Shown piece by piece: positions 9,351 through 17,865 of a stretch of DNA of 28,827 nucleotides. Position numbers and translations under genes: made by a program. Within the stretch, counting starts at the first letter, position 1, and every line of letters starts with the position of its first letter. Source of the DNA: an uncultured virus (IMG/VR IMGVR_UViG_3300027659_000019) (taxonomy: Duplodnaviria; Heunggongvirae; Uroviricota; Caudoviricetes); IMG/VR virus record IMGVR_UViG_3300027659_000019; one strand, 5' to 3'. The notes under the pieces are model-generated. The model had not been told where the DNA came from. It did not search any database and was given only the letters and a program-made list of their open reading frames with translations.

Positions 9351-9918
9351 CGGTGGATTAACAAAAAAACAAACCCTTGTTGCGATTGGTATCGATCAAT
9401 CGCTAACGGGGTTTGCTTTGTCTGCAGTAAGTATTGACGAACCTGCAAAACATACTACGTGGGTATACAAATCACCTTACTTTGGTATTGAACGACTAGC
9501 CGATATTCGTCAATGGTTGATAGACACCTTTGACTATGTTTCAGAAGAACATGAGATTACAGATATAGCAATGGAGGGGTCTGTTCTTGCCAGTCATGCA
9601 GCCTTAGTTCTTGGTGAATTGGCTGCAGTAGTAAAGATGGCTATTTATGATTATTTTGGTGAAAATGATATCTGTCGATATCCTCTCAAAGTTCCACCAA
9701 TGACACTTAAAAAGTATGCAGCAGGTAAAGGAAACGCCAAAAAACAAGAGATGTTGATGCAAATCTACAAGCGTTGGGGCATTGAGTTTAACGATGATAA
9801 CGCCGCAGATTCCTACGCTTTAGGAAGGCTTGCTGGAAAAACTGCGATTGATAAAATTGAGGAAGCAGTAGCCAAACAAATTGAAGACCCTAAATACAGA
9901 GACCAAGCCAGACTTTAG
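9316..9918 (+). CDS. ruvC: RuvC-like Holliday junction resolvase
   Basis: GIDQSLT, AMEG, LKKYAAGKGNAKK, DDNAADS. The start could be the GTG at 9331. Confidence 0.85.
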   Translation: MKETSVPTKLFDGGLTKKQTLVAIGIDQSLTGFALSAVSIDEPAKHTTWVYKSPYFGIERLADIRQWLIDTFDYVSEEHEITDIAMEGSVLASHAALVLGELAAVVKMAIYDYFGENDICRYPLKVPPMTLKKYAAGKGNAKKQEMLMQIYKRWGIEFNDDNAADSYALGRLAGKTAIDKIEEAVAKQIEDPKYRDQARL

Positions 9919-9971
9919 CCGTACCATTTAGTCCAGGAGCGGCGCATCACACGAAACTAAAGGACTAAAAA

Positions 9972-10262
9972 TTGAATAACAACTCTGAAAAATCTTCTGA
10001 AGAGCAGTTTTTACGCGTTAGCGCTTCTTCAAACCCACAAAGTGTTGCCTCAGCAATTGCTCATGCGATCTATGACAAGCATGAAGTCAAAATGCGTGCT
10101 GTAGGAGCAGGGGCAGTAAACCAAGCGGTCAAGGCTATGGCAATTGCCAGAGGCTATGTGGCTCCTCGTGGTCTAGACCTTGTATGTAAGCCAGGATTTA
10201 CCACTATTGAGTCTCGTGATGGCGAAATCAGCGCCATTGTTTTTGCCATTACAGCAAGTTAA
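9972..10262 (+). CDS. spoVS: SpoVS-family protein
   Basis: LRVSASSNPQSVASAIA...AVGAGAVNQAVKAMAIARGYVAP.GLDL...PGF...ISAIVF is the SpoVS signature. Confidence 0.92.
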   Translation: MNNNSEKSSEEQFLRVSASSNPQSVASAIAHAIYDKHEVKMRAVGAGAVNQAVKAMAIARGYVAPRGLDLVCKPGFTTIESRDGEISAIVFAITAS

Positions 10263-10299
10263 TTCAGACGTATCCTTGTATCAAGATTAAGGAGTCACT

Positions 10300-10755
10300 A
10301 TGGCAAGATGGACAGACGTAGGACACGCCATGCGGCGTCGCATGGGCGCACCTTCTAACCACCACGAAGCGGCAGGTAACAATATGAACAAAGAACACAT
10401 GACACCAGAAGAAGTTATTGCTTCTGCAGAGCACGCTAATAGCGCACGTCGTTATGTTGGTCAGGTAACAGGCGTTGCAGATATGAGCGCAACACCTCTT
10501 CGCGGGACACTTATCCCAAAGAAGAGTGTACAAGCAGGGGACCCAACAATTATGAACAAGGGTAATAAAAAGAACATTCTTGTTAATAACGCTGCACAAT
10601 CAGAGCGTATGGGAGCCCGTTACGTAATTGGTGCGTCATTTCCAGCAGTACATCAATCAGAACTTGGTGCAAACATGTCAAACGCACGCATGATTCCGTC
10701 TGTAGCAGGACGTCAATCACCTGACTTTAATAATGGGATAAACGGCTCCTACTAA
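10300..10755 (+). CDS. Hypothetical low-complexity protein
   Basis: TAAGGAG RBS; first gene of the small-gene array. Confidence 0.75.
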   Translation: MARWTDVGHAMRRRMGAPSNHHEAAGNNMNKEHMTPEEVIASAEHANSARRYVGQVTGVADMSATPLRGTLIPKKSVQAGDPTIMNKGNKKNILVNNAAQSERMGARYVIGASFPAVHQSELGANMSNARMIPSVAGRQSPDFNNGINGSY

Positions 10756-10756
10756 A

Positions 10757-10993
10757 ATGGGATCACCAGTTTCTTCTCCGCAGTTTCAGGGTTATACCGA
10801 AAACTACGAGTCACCGATGTCTTACAGCAAGGGAACTTCAACCACCCTTTCTAAGTCAACAACTTGGAGAAGTCCAGCAGGTGCGCCTTACGGTTCGCGT
10901 AACGCAGGTAGCACATTAAACTTTGACGATTCAAATGAATCTGACTCTCCTATTCCTAAGTCTGATAAGGGCGTCGGAAGAAACGAGGAGTAA
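10757..10993 (+). CDS. Ser-rich hypothetical protein
   Basis: Abuts both neighbours; N-terminal SSPQF. Confidence 0.65.
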   Translation: MGSPVSSPQFQGYTENYESPMSYSKGTSTTLSKSTTWRSPAGAPYGSRNAGSTLNFDDSNESDSPIPKSDKGVGRNEE

Positions 10994-11724
10994 TGCCAAG
11001 AAGAGAAGAATTTAGCATTGGTATTACTTCGCCTGTTCCACAGGCTGCAGCAGGTGCTGCACGTTTTGCGGGAGAGATGGGCTTTGATCGTCCTACCCGT
11101 TTTGATAACGTAATGGTAAATTTATCTCAAGGTAAGCGTATTGCAAATGAGTACGAAGCCGCACCATCGTTTGATCCTGTTGCTGCGTTGCATTACAAAA
11201 CAATGGCAGAAGAAACAAAGAGGCAATATGATTTTCTAACGCGCCCTGTACACCGTGGCGGATTAGGTGTCGATGTCTCAGTAACTCAGAACGACCCATA
11301 CAAACGTGCCCGTGACATGATGGCGGATGCAAGTGCTGGTAAGTTTAAAGTACTATCAACAAAGACTACTGGTGGTCACCCATACTTTAGTGACGATGAG
11401 AATGATATGTTCCGTGCAGTCCATGACTATTTTGGTCATGCTGCAACAGGTCGTGGGTTTGACCCACACGGTGAAGAGGCTGCCTTCCGTAGTCACGTTA
11501 CAATGTTTACCCCAAGAGCACGTCCAGCGATGGCAACAGAGACTCGTGGACAGAACAGCGCAATCAATTATGGATCAAATCCTGGTGGTTTTGTTGAGCA
11601 AAAGGTAGCAACACTTCCTACTGCACAATTAATTACCCCTATTGGACGCAGGGCTGAGTTCCACACTGCTCTATTAGAGGCAGCAAAGGCTCATGCAAGA
11701 ATGCTAGGTAAACCAAATGCCTAG
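10993..11724 (+). CDS. Hypothetical protein with HDxxGH...GEE putative metal site
   Basis: GAGGAG RBS; TAATG overlap; FRAVHDYFGH...HGEEAA...ETRGQNS. Confidence 0.75.
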   Translation: MPRREEFSIGITSPVPQAAAGAARFAGEMGFDRPTRFDNVMVNLSQGKRIANEYEAAPSFDPVAALHYKTMAEETKRQYDFLTRPVHRGGLGVDVSVTQNDPYKRARDMMADASAGKFKVLSTKTTGGHPYFSDDENDMFRAVHDYFGHAATGRGFDPHGEEAAFRSHVTMFTPRARPAMATETRGQNSAINYGSNPGGFVEQKVATLPTAQLITPIGRRAEFHTALLEAAKAHARMLGKPNA

Positions 11725-12250
11725 TGGTGCTAATAATTTTTCTCCATCTCAAAACTGGCAATCACTTGGTGGTGGCGGGCTTGCAGGTTACAACAACCAA
11801 GGTGGTGCAGGAACTCCAGTAGCACGCGATACTTTAGATTCACTCCGTATTGGAGTGGGGCGGGTACCTTCAGCGGAATACCCTGATGGATACCTCGGTA
11901 CTATCCGTTCACGTCGAGATGACCGTTTACTGGATAGTATCAAAAATCGTGTCAATCAAAAAGCGTATCAACGCGGTGTGCACAAGGGTGAGCGTATTGA
12001 GCCATCTATGTATTACTGGCCTGAAGGGATCAACCCAATGATGGGCATTCAACGCCAAATGAAAGCACAGCGTGTAAACATTAATGGTGGGGTTGTTTAC
12101 CAAAGCGAAAGAAGTGCTCCACAAATAGACCTTACTCCAGCACCACACTTGGTAAACGATGGTAAGTCAAACATACAAGCAGATCAACCAGGGCAGATTG
12201 ATGCTCGTCGTCGTCAAATGATGGCTTATCTCAAGCCAGCCTGGTCATAA
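11717..12250 (+). CDS. Hypothetical protein
   Basis: AGGT RBS; overlapping operon arrangement. Confidence 0.75.
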   Translation: MPSGANNFSPSQNWQSLGGGGLAGYNNQGGAGTPVARDTLDSLRIGVGRVPSAEYPDGYLGTIRSRRDDRLLDSIKNRVNQKAYQRGVHKGERIEPSMYYWPEGINPMMGIQRQMKAQRVNINGGVVYQSERSAPQIDLTPAPHLVNDGKSNIQADQPGQIDARRRQMMAYLKPAWS

Positions 12251-12251
12251 C

Positions 12252-13601
12252 ATGGCTAAAAAAGAAATTGTAGAACCATCAACTCGTTCCAAAGAGTTTT
12301 TATCTGGACAACGCCCTTTGCTTTTAAGTGATTTGACACCTGAAGAACGCACTGGCGCATTTGATGCAATGAGTGTTCATACAAATAAAACTCGTGAAAA
12401 TTTATCAAAATTGGCTGCTAGGATAGATAATCCAAGTAAAGAAGTAGTAGGAAAAGCAAAACGTGCTCAACGAGCCTTAGATGAAGGCGCAGTAGATAGG
12501 CCTTACGATCATGAAGATGCTATTGCAAATACTATGAAACATTTTGAAAACTCTGCAAAAAATCCTCGTGCAGGAGAATCTATTCATGGACTTAACTTTT
12601 ATTCAGAGCACGCTGCGCCAATTCATGACTTAGTTGCAGGAAGAAACATTTCTCCACAACTAGCGTTTGAGGCAACAGCAAAATTAAGCAATAAAAATCG
12701 CCCAGGAAATGAAAAGTCTTCATTAATAGCGTTGTTAAATGCTCATGAAAAAGGCAGTGTTACCTATACACCTGAGTTTGTGGATAAAGTTCACTCTGTT
12801 ATTACTGGTTCACACCGCATTTCACCTGAAGAGGTAGGAAAGACTGTTCCATTTTCTCAGGTACATCCTCAAGTAGTTGCTGCAATGACTGTTCCTGCTG
12901 TTCGTGAAAGTGTAAAACAAGATTTGCACGATGTAGACCTTGATGGAATAGCAAAAGGAGGAATGCGACAAAATATTTCGGCTGCACATGCTACCCTGCA
13001 AACTGGTAAAGGAAACGATCCTTATACTAATCCAAAATTTGCTAGTTACTCAATGTCTCATGGAGAAGCACCGCTTCCTGGAACCCCAGAACATCAAGAG
13101 TACAACATGCGTGCTGCAAACATTCACGATGTTCTTACAGGTAAAGTTGGTGGTGATCAGTTAATGTTTGATTTTTATGGTCTTCGTGATACTAATGAGG
13201 GTCACCTTTCAAACGTTGCTCCAACACCAAACGACCTTCATCATCGTCGTTTAAGTTACAACCAACCTGCAGGAGCCCCTTACGCAGCCGCTGGTGATTT
13301 AGTAATGAACGCTAAGGGAAACGTTGCAAAAGGTGACAAAAAGATTGAAGGAGATGCAGTAGAACACGCTGTGTTGCAAGATGTTGTGCACGAAACAGCA
13401 AAAAGATTGCAAGAAAAACACAACCTGCAGTATTCAGTTCCATCTCGTATGGTAAACGAAGCAGCATGGGCTAGTACTCGTGTTATGACAGGTGATGATC
13501 CTGACCCAGCCACAAAAGAAATACATGTTGCTCACACTGCTGCACTTAAAGAGCAAGCACAGCGTAATTCTTATAGAGCCGACCAGATGGAGTTATTCTA
13601 A
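12252..13601 (+). CDS. Hypothetical protein with DUF7178-like (HhH glycosylase-related) features
   Basis: G.NFY...ATAKLS.KN, PKFASY, PTPNDLH, VNEAAW...R resemble the pattern recalled for that family. Confidence 0.5.
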   Translation: MAKKEIVEPSTRSKEFLSGQRPLLLSDLTPEERTGAFDAMSVHTNKTRENLSKLAARIDNPSKEVVGKAKRAQRALDEGAVDRPYDHEDAIANTMKHFENSAKNPRAGESIHGLNFYSEHAAPIHDLVAGRNISPQLAFEATAKLSNKNRPGNEKSSLIALLNAHEKGSVTYTPEFVDKVHSVITGSHRISPEEVGKTVPFSQVHPQVVAAMTVPAVRESVKQDLHDVDLDGIAKGGMRQNISAAHATLQTGKGNDPYTNPKFASYSMSHGEAPLPGTPEHQEYNMRAANIHDVLTGKVGGDQLMFDFYGLRDTNEGHLSNVAPTPNDLHHRRLSYNQPAGAPYAAAGDLVMNAKGNVAKGDKKIEGDAVEHAVLQDVVHETAKRLQEKHNLQYSVPSRMVNEAAWASTRVMTGDDPDPATKEIHVAHTAALKEQAQRNSYRADQMELF

Positions 13602-13972
13602 TGACACAGTACACAGACGGTCAATATGACCGCACTAAGCCTTGGAATGCTTTTCGTTCTCCAGTAAAGCCTGATTCAGTTGCTAAAAAGTATTCGTACA
13701 ACGGTCCTTGGGCAACAAATGCGGAACGCCTCACACAACAAGCCTTAATGGTTATGAGTATTCCTGGTGTTGACATCCAGCAGATGGTTCGTCCACCGCT
13801 TCCACAGATCCAATTGTTTCCAGAGCGTTACGGTTACGGAGATCGTTCACAGCCAGGAATTGATGATATTGTAACTATTGATAGAAATTACACCGAACCA
13901 CGAGTATCATGGTTCTCTGGTGGCGTTTCAGGTTACCAGGCAGCAGAACGTAACGCATTAGGGAGCACATAA
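13601..13972 (+). CDS. Hypothetical protein
   Basis: GGAG RBS; TAATG overlaps at both ends. Confidence 0.75.
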   Translation: MTQYTDGQYDRTKPWNAFRSPVKPDSVAKKYSYNGPWATNAERLTQQALMVMSIPGVDIQQMVRPPLPQIQLFPERYGYGDRSQPGIDDIVTIDRNYTEPRVSWFSGGVSGYQAAERNALGST

Positions 13973-14298
13973 TGACAAACCAAAACTTAAATCCAAAGCA
14001 ATTTGTGCCAAACCCAACTATAAGAAAAATAGCCCAAAGGTATATTCCTAATCGATCAGCCGAGTATCGTCCTCCAAAAATTGCAATGTTTGGTGTACAA
14101 AAATTGGCTAATCTCATGGGGCATATGGGTATGCACCCTTTGCTTCCAGAGAACGTAGAAAGACGACAGCAAGCAATACAACAGCAACAGGATACGTACA
14201 TTGAATTTTTAAAAAGATTGAAGGAAGCCAATGGGGATAGCACAAATTTTGGCGAAAAGTCCTTTAAGGAAATCAATGGGGAGAACAATAATGGATGA
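13972..14298 (+). CDS. Hypothetical protein (N-terminal LNPKQF)
   Basis: GGGAG RBS; TAATG overlap. Confidence 0.7.
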   Translation: MTNQNLNPKQFVPNPTIRKIAQRYIPNRSAEYRPPKIAMFGVQKLANLMGHMGMHPLLPENVERRQQAIQQQQDTYIEFLKRLKEANGDSTNFGEKSFKEINGENNNG

Positions 14299-14491
14299 CG
14301 GCGACGGCATGATGACAGTCGAATTACAGGCAAAGAAAATTGCCGATAATTTGATTAGATACAACGGGTCTTCACCTTGCCCTACTTGTGGCATGATTAT
14401 GAACCCAGTTGAGTTTATGGCTAATCGTGGTCACTGCACGCCTTGTACCGCCCAGCGCAATGCAAGCAGGGTCCGTAAAGGTATGGCATGA
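14291..14491 (+). CDS. Small Zn-finger protein
   Basis: ATG at 14291 follows GGGAGA; CPTC...CTPC. Confidence 0.75.
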   Translation: MDDGDGMMTVELQAKKIADNLIRYNGSSPCPTCGMIMNPVEFMANRGHCTPCTAQRNASRVRKGMA

Positions 14492-14664
14492 GCGATTATT
14501 ACCCTTTAAAAGAAGAAAATGTACAGGGGCTATTCTCAGACCGTCGAGGAACTAGACTAATCGCTGGTCAAGCCTTGAAAAAAGACGTCGTAGATTACGA
14601 CAGAGAACAAAAAGAAAAACCTGTACAAAAGACCAGCAAACCACCCAGACCCCCTGTAAACTAA
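14488..14664 (+). CDS. 58-aa hypothetical protein (not in ORF track)
   Basis: ATGA overlap; AAGGT RBS; MSDYYPLKEENVQGLFSDRRG...KPPRPPVN. Confidence 0.65.
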   Translation: MSDYYPLKEENVQGLFSDRRGTRLIAGQALKKDVVDYDREQKEKPVQKTSKPPRPPVN

Positions 14665-14688
14665 TAGAACACTCATCAAGGAGATACT

Positions 14689-15018
14689 ATGTTTTTTAAC
14701 GATCGTCGCAAAGCAAAGTTTAAGAACCCAGCAGTAGAGGCTGTTGCAAAAGCAGGCGGAATTAAATTTATGCCCGATACCGCTAAAAATGATCCTTGGA
14801 CAAAAGACGAAGGCCATTACGAACGTCAAGACGTGCATTATGCAGCACGCGAGGCTGGTTGGAAACAAACTTCACGCTATGATACTGAGAACCGTGGCGA
14901 TCGCTACAAAGAAGGTGCTCGAATGGTTGAAGAAAAACAACAAGCAGAAGAAAAAGCAAAATCAGAAGAAGCAAAGAAAAAAGGACTTCCAGGACGATTA
15001 CCAAGGGCAGGTAAATAA
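14689..15018 (+). CDS. Charged hypothetical protein
   Basis: AAGGAGA RBS; MFFNDRRK...AGK*. Confidence 0.75.
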   Translation: MFFNDRRKAKFKNPAVEAVAKAGGIKFMPDTAKNDPWTKDEGHYERQDVHYAAREAGWKQTSRYDTENRGDRYKEGARMVEEKQQAEEKAKSEEAKKKGLPGRLPRAGK

Positions 15019-15020
15019 TT

Positions 15021-15260
15021 ATGCCAAGAAAAGCGATAACAAAACTAGGCCAAAAGTTGACCCCTTCGATCACGAAGGCCGCTAAGGGCGTATCAAAACT
15101 TTCGCCTATCAAGCCAAAAGCCTCTTCTGGAACGGCTGCTAAATTAGAAAAAAGTCCATCAATACGGAAAGTGTACAAAACCATGCAAGAAAATGCTAAA
15201 TTTATTGAAGCGCACGGCGGCACCAATTACTATACTAAAAAACCAAAGAAAGGTAAATAA
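15021..15260 (+). CDS. Small Lys-rich basic protein
   Basis: Begins and ends within junction repeats. Confidence 0.7.
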   Translation: MPRKAITKLGQKLTPSITKAAKGVSKLSPIKPKASSGTAAKLEKSPSIRKVYKTMQENAKFIEAHGGTNYYTKKPKKGK

Positions 15261-15262
15261 TC

Positions 15263-15451
15263 ATGGCAATTAGAAACCCATTAAAGAAGCCAATGACACC
15301 AGCACAAAAGGCAGCAATGGCTGATGTGAAGGCTCGTGGTAAAGATGTAAAGGTTGCTCGTGCAGCAGGCAAAGAGGCAATGAAAAACGTTAAAAAAGCA
15401 GGAGCAAACACACCTGAGTTCAAAGCAATTATGAAGGGTAAAAAGAAGTGA
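15263..15451 (+). CDS. Small Lys/Ala-rich basic protein
   Basis: AAGGT RBS; 62 aa. Confidence 0.7.
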   Translation: MAIRNPLKKPMTPAQKAAMADVKARGKDVKVARAAGKEAMKNVKKAGANTPEFKAIMKGKKK

Positions 15452-15648
15452 CAGTTAACTCATCGCGTTCAATGAACGCATCCCTTGATGAGGGAGCAAC
15501 AGACGGTAAGTACCGTAAAGTTCGCCCAGATACTGAAGTTGGTATGGGTTCACACGATACACTTGCTAACCGTCAAACTTTGCACTCTTTTTACGGTTAT
15601 GGTTTTATCAATACTGATTACCCAAACAAGGTAAACCCAGGTAAATAA
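15448..15648 (+). CDS. Small hypothetical protein
   Basis: GTGA overlap; ends PGK*. Confidence 0.7.
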   Translation: MTVNSSRSMNASLDEGATDGKYRKVRPDTEVGMGSHDTLANRQTLHSFYGYGFINTDYPNKVNPGK

Positions 15649-15650
15649 TT

Positions 15651-15854
15651 ATGCCAACTATTTCAAACGGTCAATTTGGAAGCAAAATGTTGCCAGGGGC
15701 TACAAACATGCCTGCCAAAATTACACCAGGTGCTCCAAAGGTACCTTTTGGTCCAAAAACTCCAGGGTTTACAACCATGCCTAATAAAGTTTCACCAGGT
15801 GCCAAGAAAACACCTATTAATAAGATGCCAGGCTTTACAAACATGGGTCGTTAA
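15651..15854 (+). CDS. Small Pro/Gly/Lys repeat protein
   Basis: PG(A/F)T(N/T)M units start at 15693, 15762 and 15828. Confidence 0.7.
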   Translation: MPTISNGQFGSKMLPGATNMPAKITPGAPKVPFGPKTPGFTTMPNKVSPGAKKTPINKMPGFTNMGR

Positions 15855-15856
15855 TC

Positions 15857-16027
15857 ATGGCAGAGCAAGTTCCAGACCGTTCAGGTCGTTACGGCCGTAA
15901 AGAAGATCCAGGAGTTCTTAAAAAACTTAAAGAGCATTGGTCTAAACCTGCGCCTAGCGAAAAGTATCCAAAATGGGATCATCCTGATGATAACCCAGGC
16001 AACAGTGGCAGTTTGGTAAAAAAATAA
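15857..16027 (+). CDS. 56-aa hypothetical protein (not in ORF track)
   Basis: TAATCATGG junction; MAEQVPDRSGRYGRKEDPG...SLVKK*. Confidence 0.65.
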   Translation: MAEQVPDRSGRYGRKEDPGVLKKLKEHWSKPAPSEKYPKWDHPDDNPGNSGSLVKK

Positions 16028-16065
16028 TCTACTGTTAAAATAATTGGACTACCATAAGGAGCACT

Positions 16066-16617
16066 ATGAGTAACGTACCTATCCTTGGGCAAAAAAAAGT
16101 TGAAGCAAATGAACCTATGTTTCGTTTGCTGTATTGTCTTGTCTGCCAAACTTTAGACGAACTGCCACCGTATGATGGCGAGCCTGAATTAGATATGCTG
16201 TTGGCAGTTGCGTGCGAAAACCACGTGTTTCCATCAGGAGAGCCACACAAAGGTAAGTTATTCGTTCTACCTCTTCGTTCATGGGCTGATTTTAAGTCTA
16301 AGCAAGAAATTATTCGCCAAATTAAAGGTGGAGGATCTAAGGGTCTTGCTGAAATTGACGACACTTTCTATGAGTCACGCTCCATTTTTATGGAAGATGC
16401 CATGTCGTGTTACCGTCGTCATAACCAACCAAAAGACGGATGTCCTGAGTGGCACGACGAGAAAAAAATGCTTATACCTAATACAGAGAAAGAGCGCCGA
16501 GCAGAGGGTATGGAGAAGTACAAAGACTCTCCAGGTCAAAAGACCTACTTATGCGATTTTTGTCCAGTAGCAATCGGAGTAGCACAACGTAAACAGAAAT
16601 TAATGGGGATGAACTAA
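16066..16617 (+). CDS. Putative Zn-binding protein
   Basis: TAAGGAG RBS; CLVC...H...H and C...H...C...LCDFCP. Confidence 0.75.
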   Translation: MSNVPILGQKKVEANEPMFRLLYCLVCQTLDELPPYDGEPELDMLLAVACENHVFPSGEPHKGKLFVLPLRSWADFKSKQEIIRQIKGGGSKGLAEIDDTFYESRSIFMEDAMSCYRRHNQPKDGCPEWHDEKKMLIPNTEKERRAEGMEKYKDSPGQKTYLCDFCPVAIGVAQRKQKLMGMN

Positions 16618-16904
16618 TGGAAGAACACAAGATTGACGCAGCCTTTACCGTAACACTTAACTTAGATGGAACTATCACTACTACGCTGCACCCAGCGGAT
16701 GAGAACACCCGTCGTCAAGCAACTACTTACGACATTTATGGCTGCAGTAAAGAGTTAGTTAGCGATATAGAGGGCCAGTTACTTGCTGACCGTATTGCAA
16801 GGACGTTAGCCCCTCTTTTTCAACCAAAAGATGAGGCTGCTGACCTTCGAGAGAAGTTATTGTCGGCTCTAAGTGACCGTGGCATAGAAACACCAAAGTC
16901 TTAA
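16617..16904 (+). CDS. Hypothetical protein
   Basis: GGGG RBS; TAATG overlap. Confidence 0.7.
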   Translation: MEEHKIDAAFTVTLNLDGTITTTLHPADENTRRQATTYDIYGCSKELVSDIEGQLLADRIARTLAPLFQPKDEAADLREKLLSALSDRGIETPKS

Positions 16905-16911
16905 TTAGCAA

Positions 16912-16926
16912 TAGACTTAACCTATG
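16912..16926 (+). promoter_or_regulatory. Candidate -10 box for a leaderless transcript
   Basis: TAGACT at 16912-16917, 6 nt, then ATG at 16924; no SD. Confidence 0.5.
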
Positions 16927-17862
16927 AACCGTTTCGATGGATTAGGTAAGTATGTGGCTCCTGTAAATATGCAGGAATCCCCCACTTCTTACTTTTCTAC
17001 CCCAGAAGAAACTTTAGATCCAGAGTTATTTTCTAACACAACCTTAAAAGGTTGGGTACGCAACGGCATTTTACAGGTTTTGTTTGACTTCTTGGGAGAA
17101 AAATACCGTCACGCCGATTTGTGGACAAATGCTTGGATTGCTGGATCTGCGGTGTCCTACCAATGGTCTGCACAAAGACACCCTAAAGACCTTGATGTTT
17201 TAATTGGCGTAGATTACATGCAGTTTCGTAAAGCCCACCCTGATTACCACGGGTTATCCAATGTTGAAATTAGTAAACTGTTAAACGAAGATTTTCGTGA
17301 ACATTTACAACCAGAAACAGGAGATTGGAACGGGTTTGAAGTTACATTTTACGTAAACCCAAATGCTACAGATATTCGTTCTATTAACCCTTATGCAGCC
17401 TATAGTCTTACCCACAATGAGTGGACAGTGTTTCCTGACAAACAAGGCGCTCCCCACAGCCCTATAGGAGACGTTATGGCTGAAAAAGACCGTGAACGAA
17501 CAGCGGGAATTGTCTCTATTTATTCACAGTCACTTACTGACTTACAGGGGGCACAAAACGATGCTGCACGACGTAATGCGGAGTTTCGTCTTCAAAGTTC
17601 TTTAATGCAAGCAACGTTGTTGTTTAACGACATTCATCAATCACGACGTTATGCTTTTAGCCAAGGTGGTAAAGGGTACTCAGACTTTTACAACTACAGA
17701 TGGCAAGCGGGTAAGAAGTACGGAACAGTACCTACCCTAAAAAAGATGTCTGAGTATTGGTCGGCGTACAAAGCACAACAGGCACAAGCGACTTATGGCA
17801 TTGACCTGCCCGATACTCAGACTCTAATTCGCAGAGCAGCAACCTACAAGACACCAGGATAA
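16924..17862 (+). CDS. Pol-beta-superfamily nucleotidyltransferase
   Basis: IAGSAVSYQWS...DLDVLI (GS plus DxD); third acidic residue in FEVTFYV. Confidence 0.8.
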   Translation: MNRFDGLGKYVAPVNMQESPTSYFSTPEETLDPELFSNTTLKGWVRNGILQVLFDFLGEKYRHADLWTNAWIAGSAVSYQWSAQRHPKDLDVLIGVDYMQFRKAHPDYHGLSNVEISKLLNEDFREHLQPETGDWNGFEVTFYVNPNATDIRSINPYAAYSLTHNEWTVFPDKQGAPHSPIGDVMAEKDRERTAGIVSIYSQSLTDLQGAQNDAARRNAEFRLQSSLMQATLLFNDIHQSRRYAFSQGGKGYSDFYNYRWQAGKKYGTVPTLKKMSEYWSAYKAQQAQATYGIDLPDTQTLIRRAATYKTPG

Positions 17863-17865
17863 CAC

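Larger units (their letters stand above)
15008..15657 (+). repeat. Repeated gene-junction sequence CAGGTAAATAATTATGCCAA
   Basis: Exact 20-bp copies at 15008-15027 and 15638-15657; 17/19 copy at 15251-15269; partial copy at 15845-15863. Confidence 0.85.

Noticed and set aside
15008..15863. Junction repeats as a CRISPR array or integron attC sites
   Set aside because: Spacing is gene-sized and irregular, the repeats are non-palindromic, and they consist of stop, RBS and start signals.
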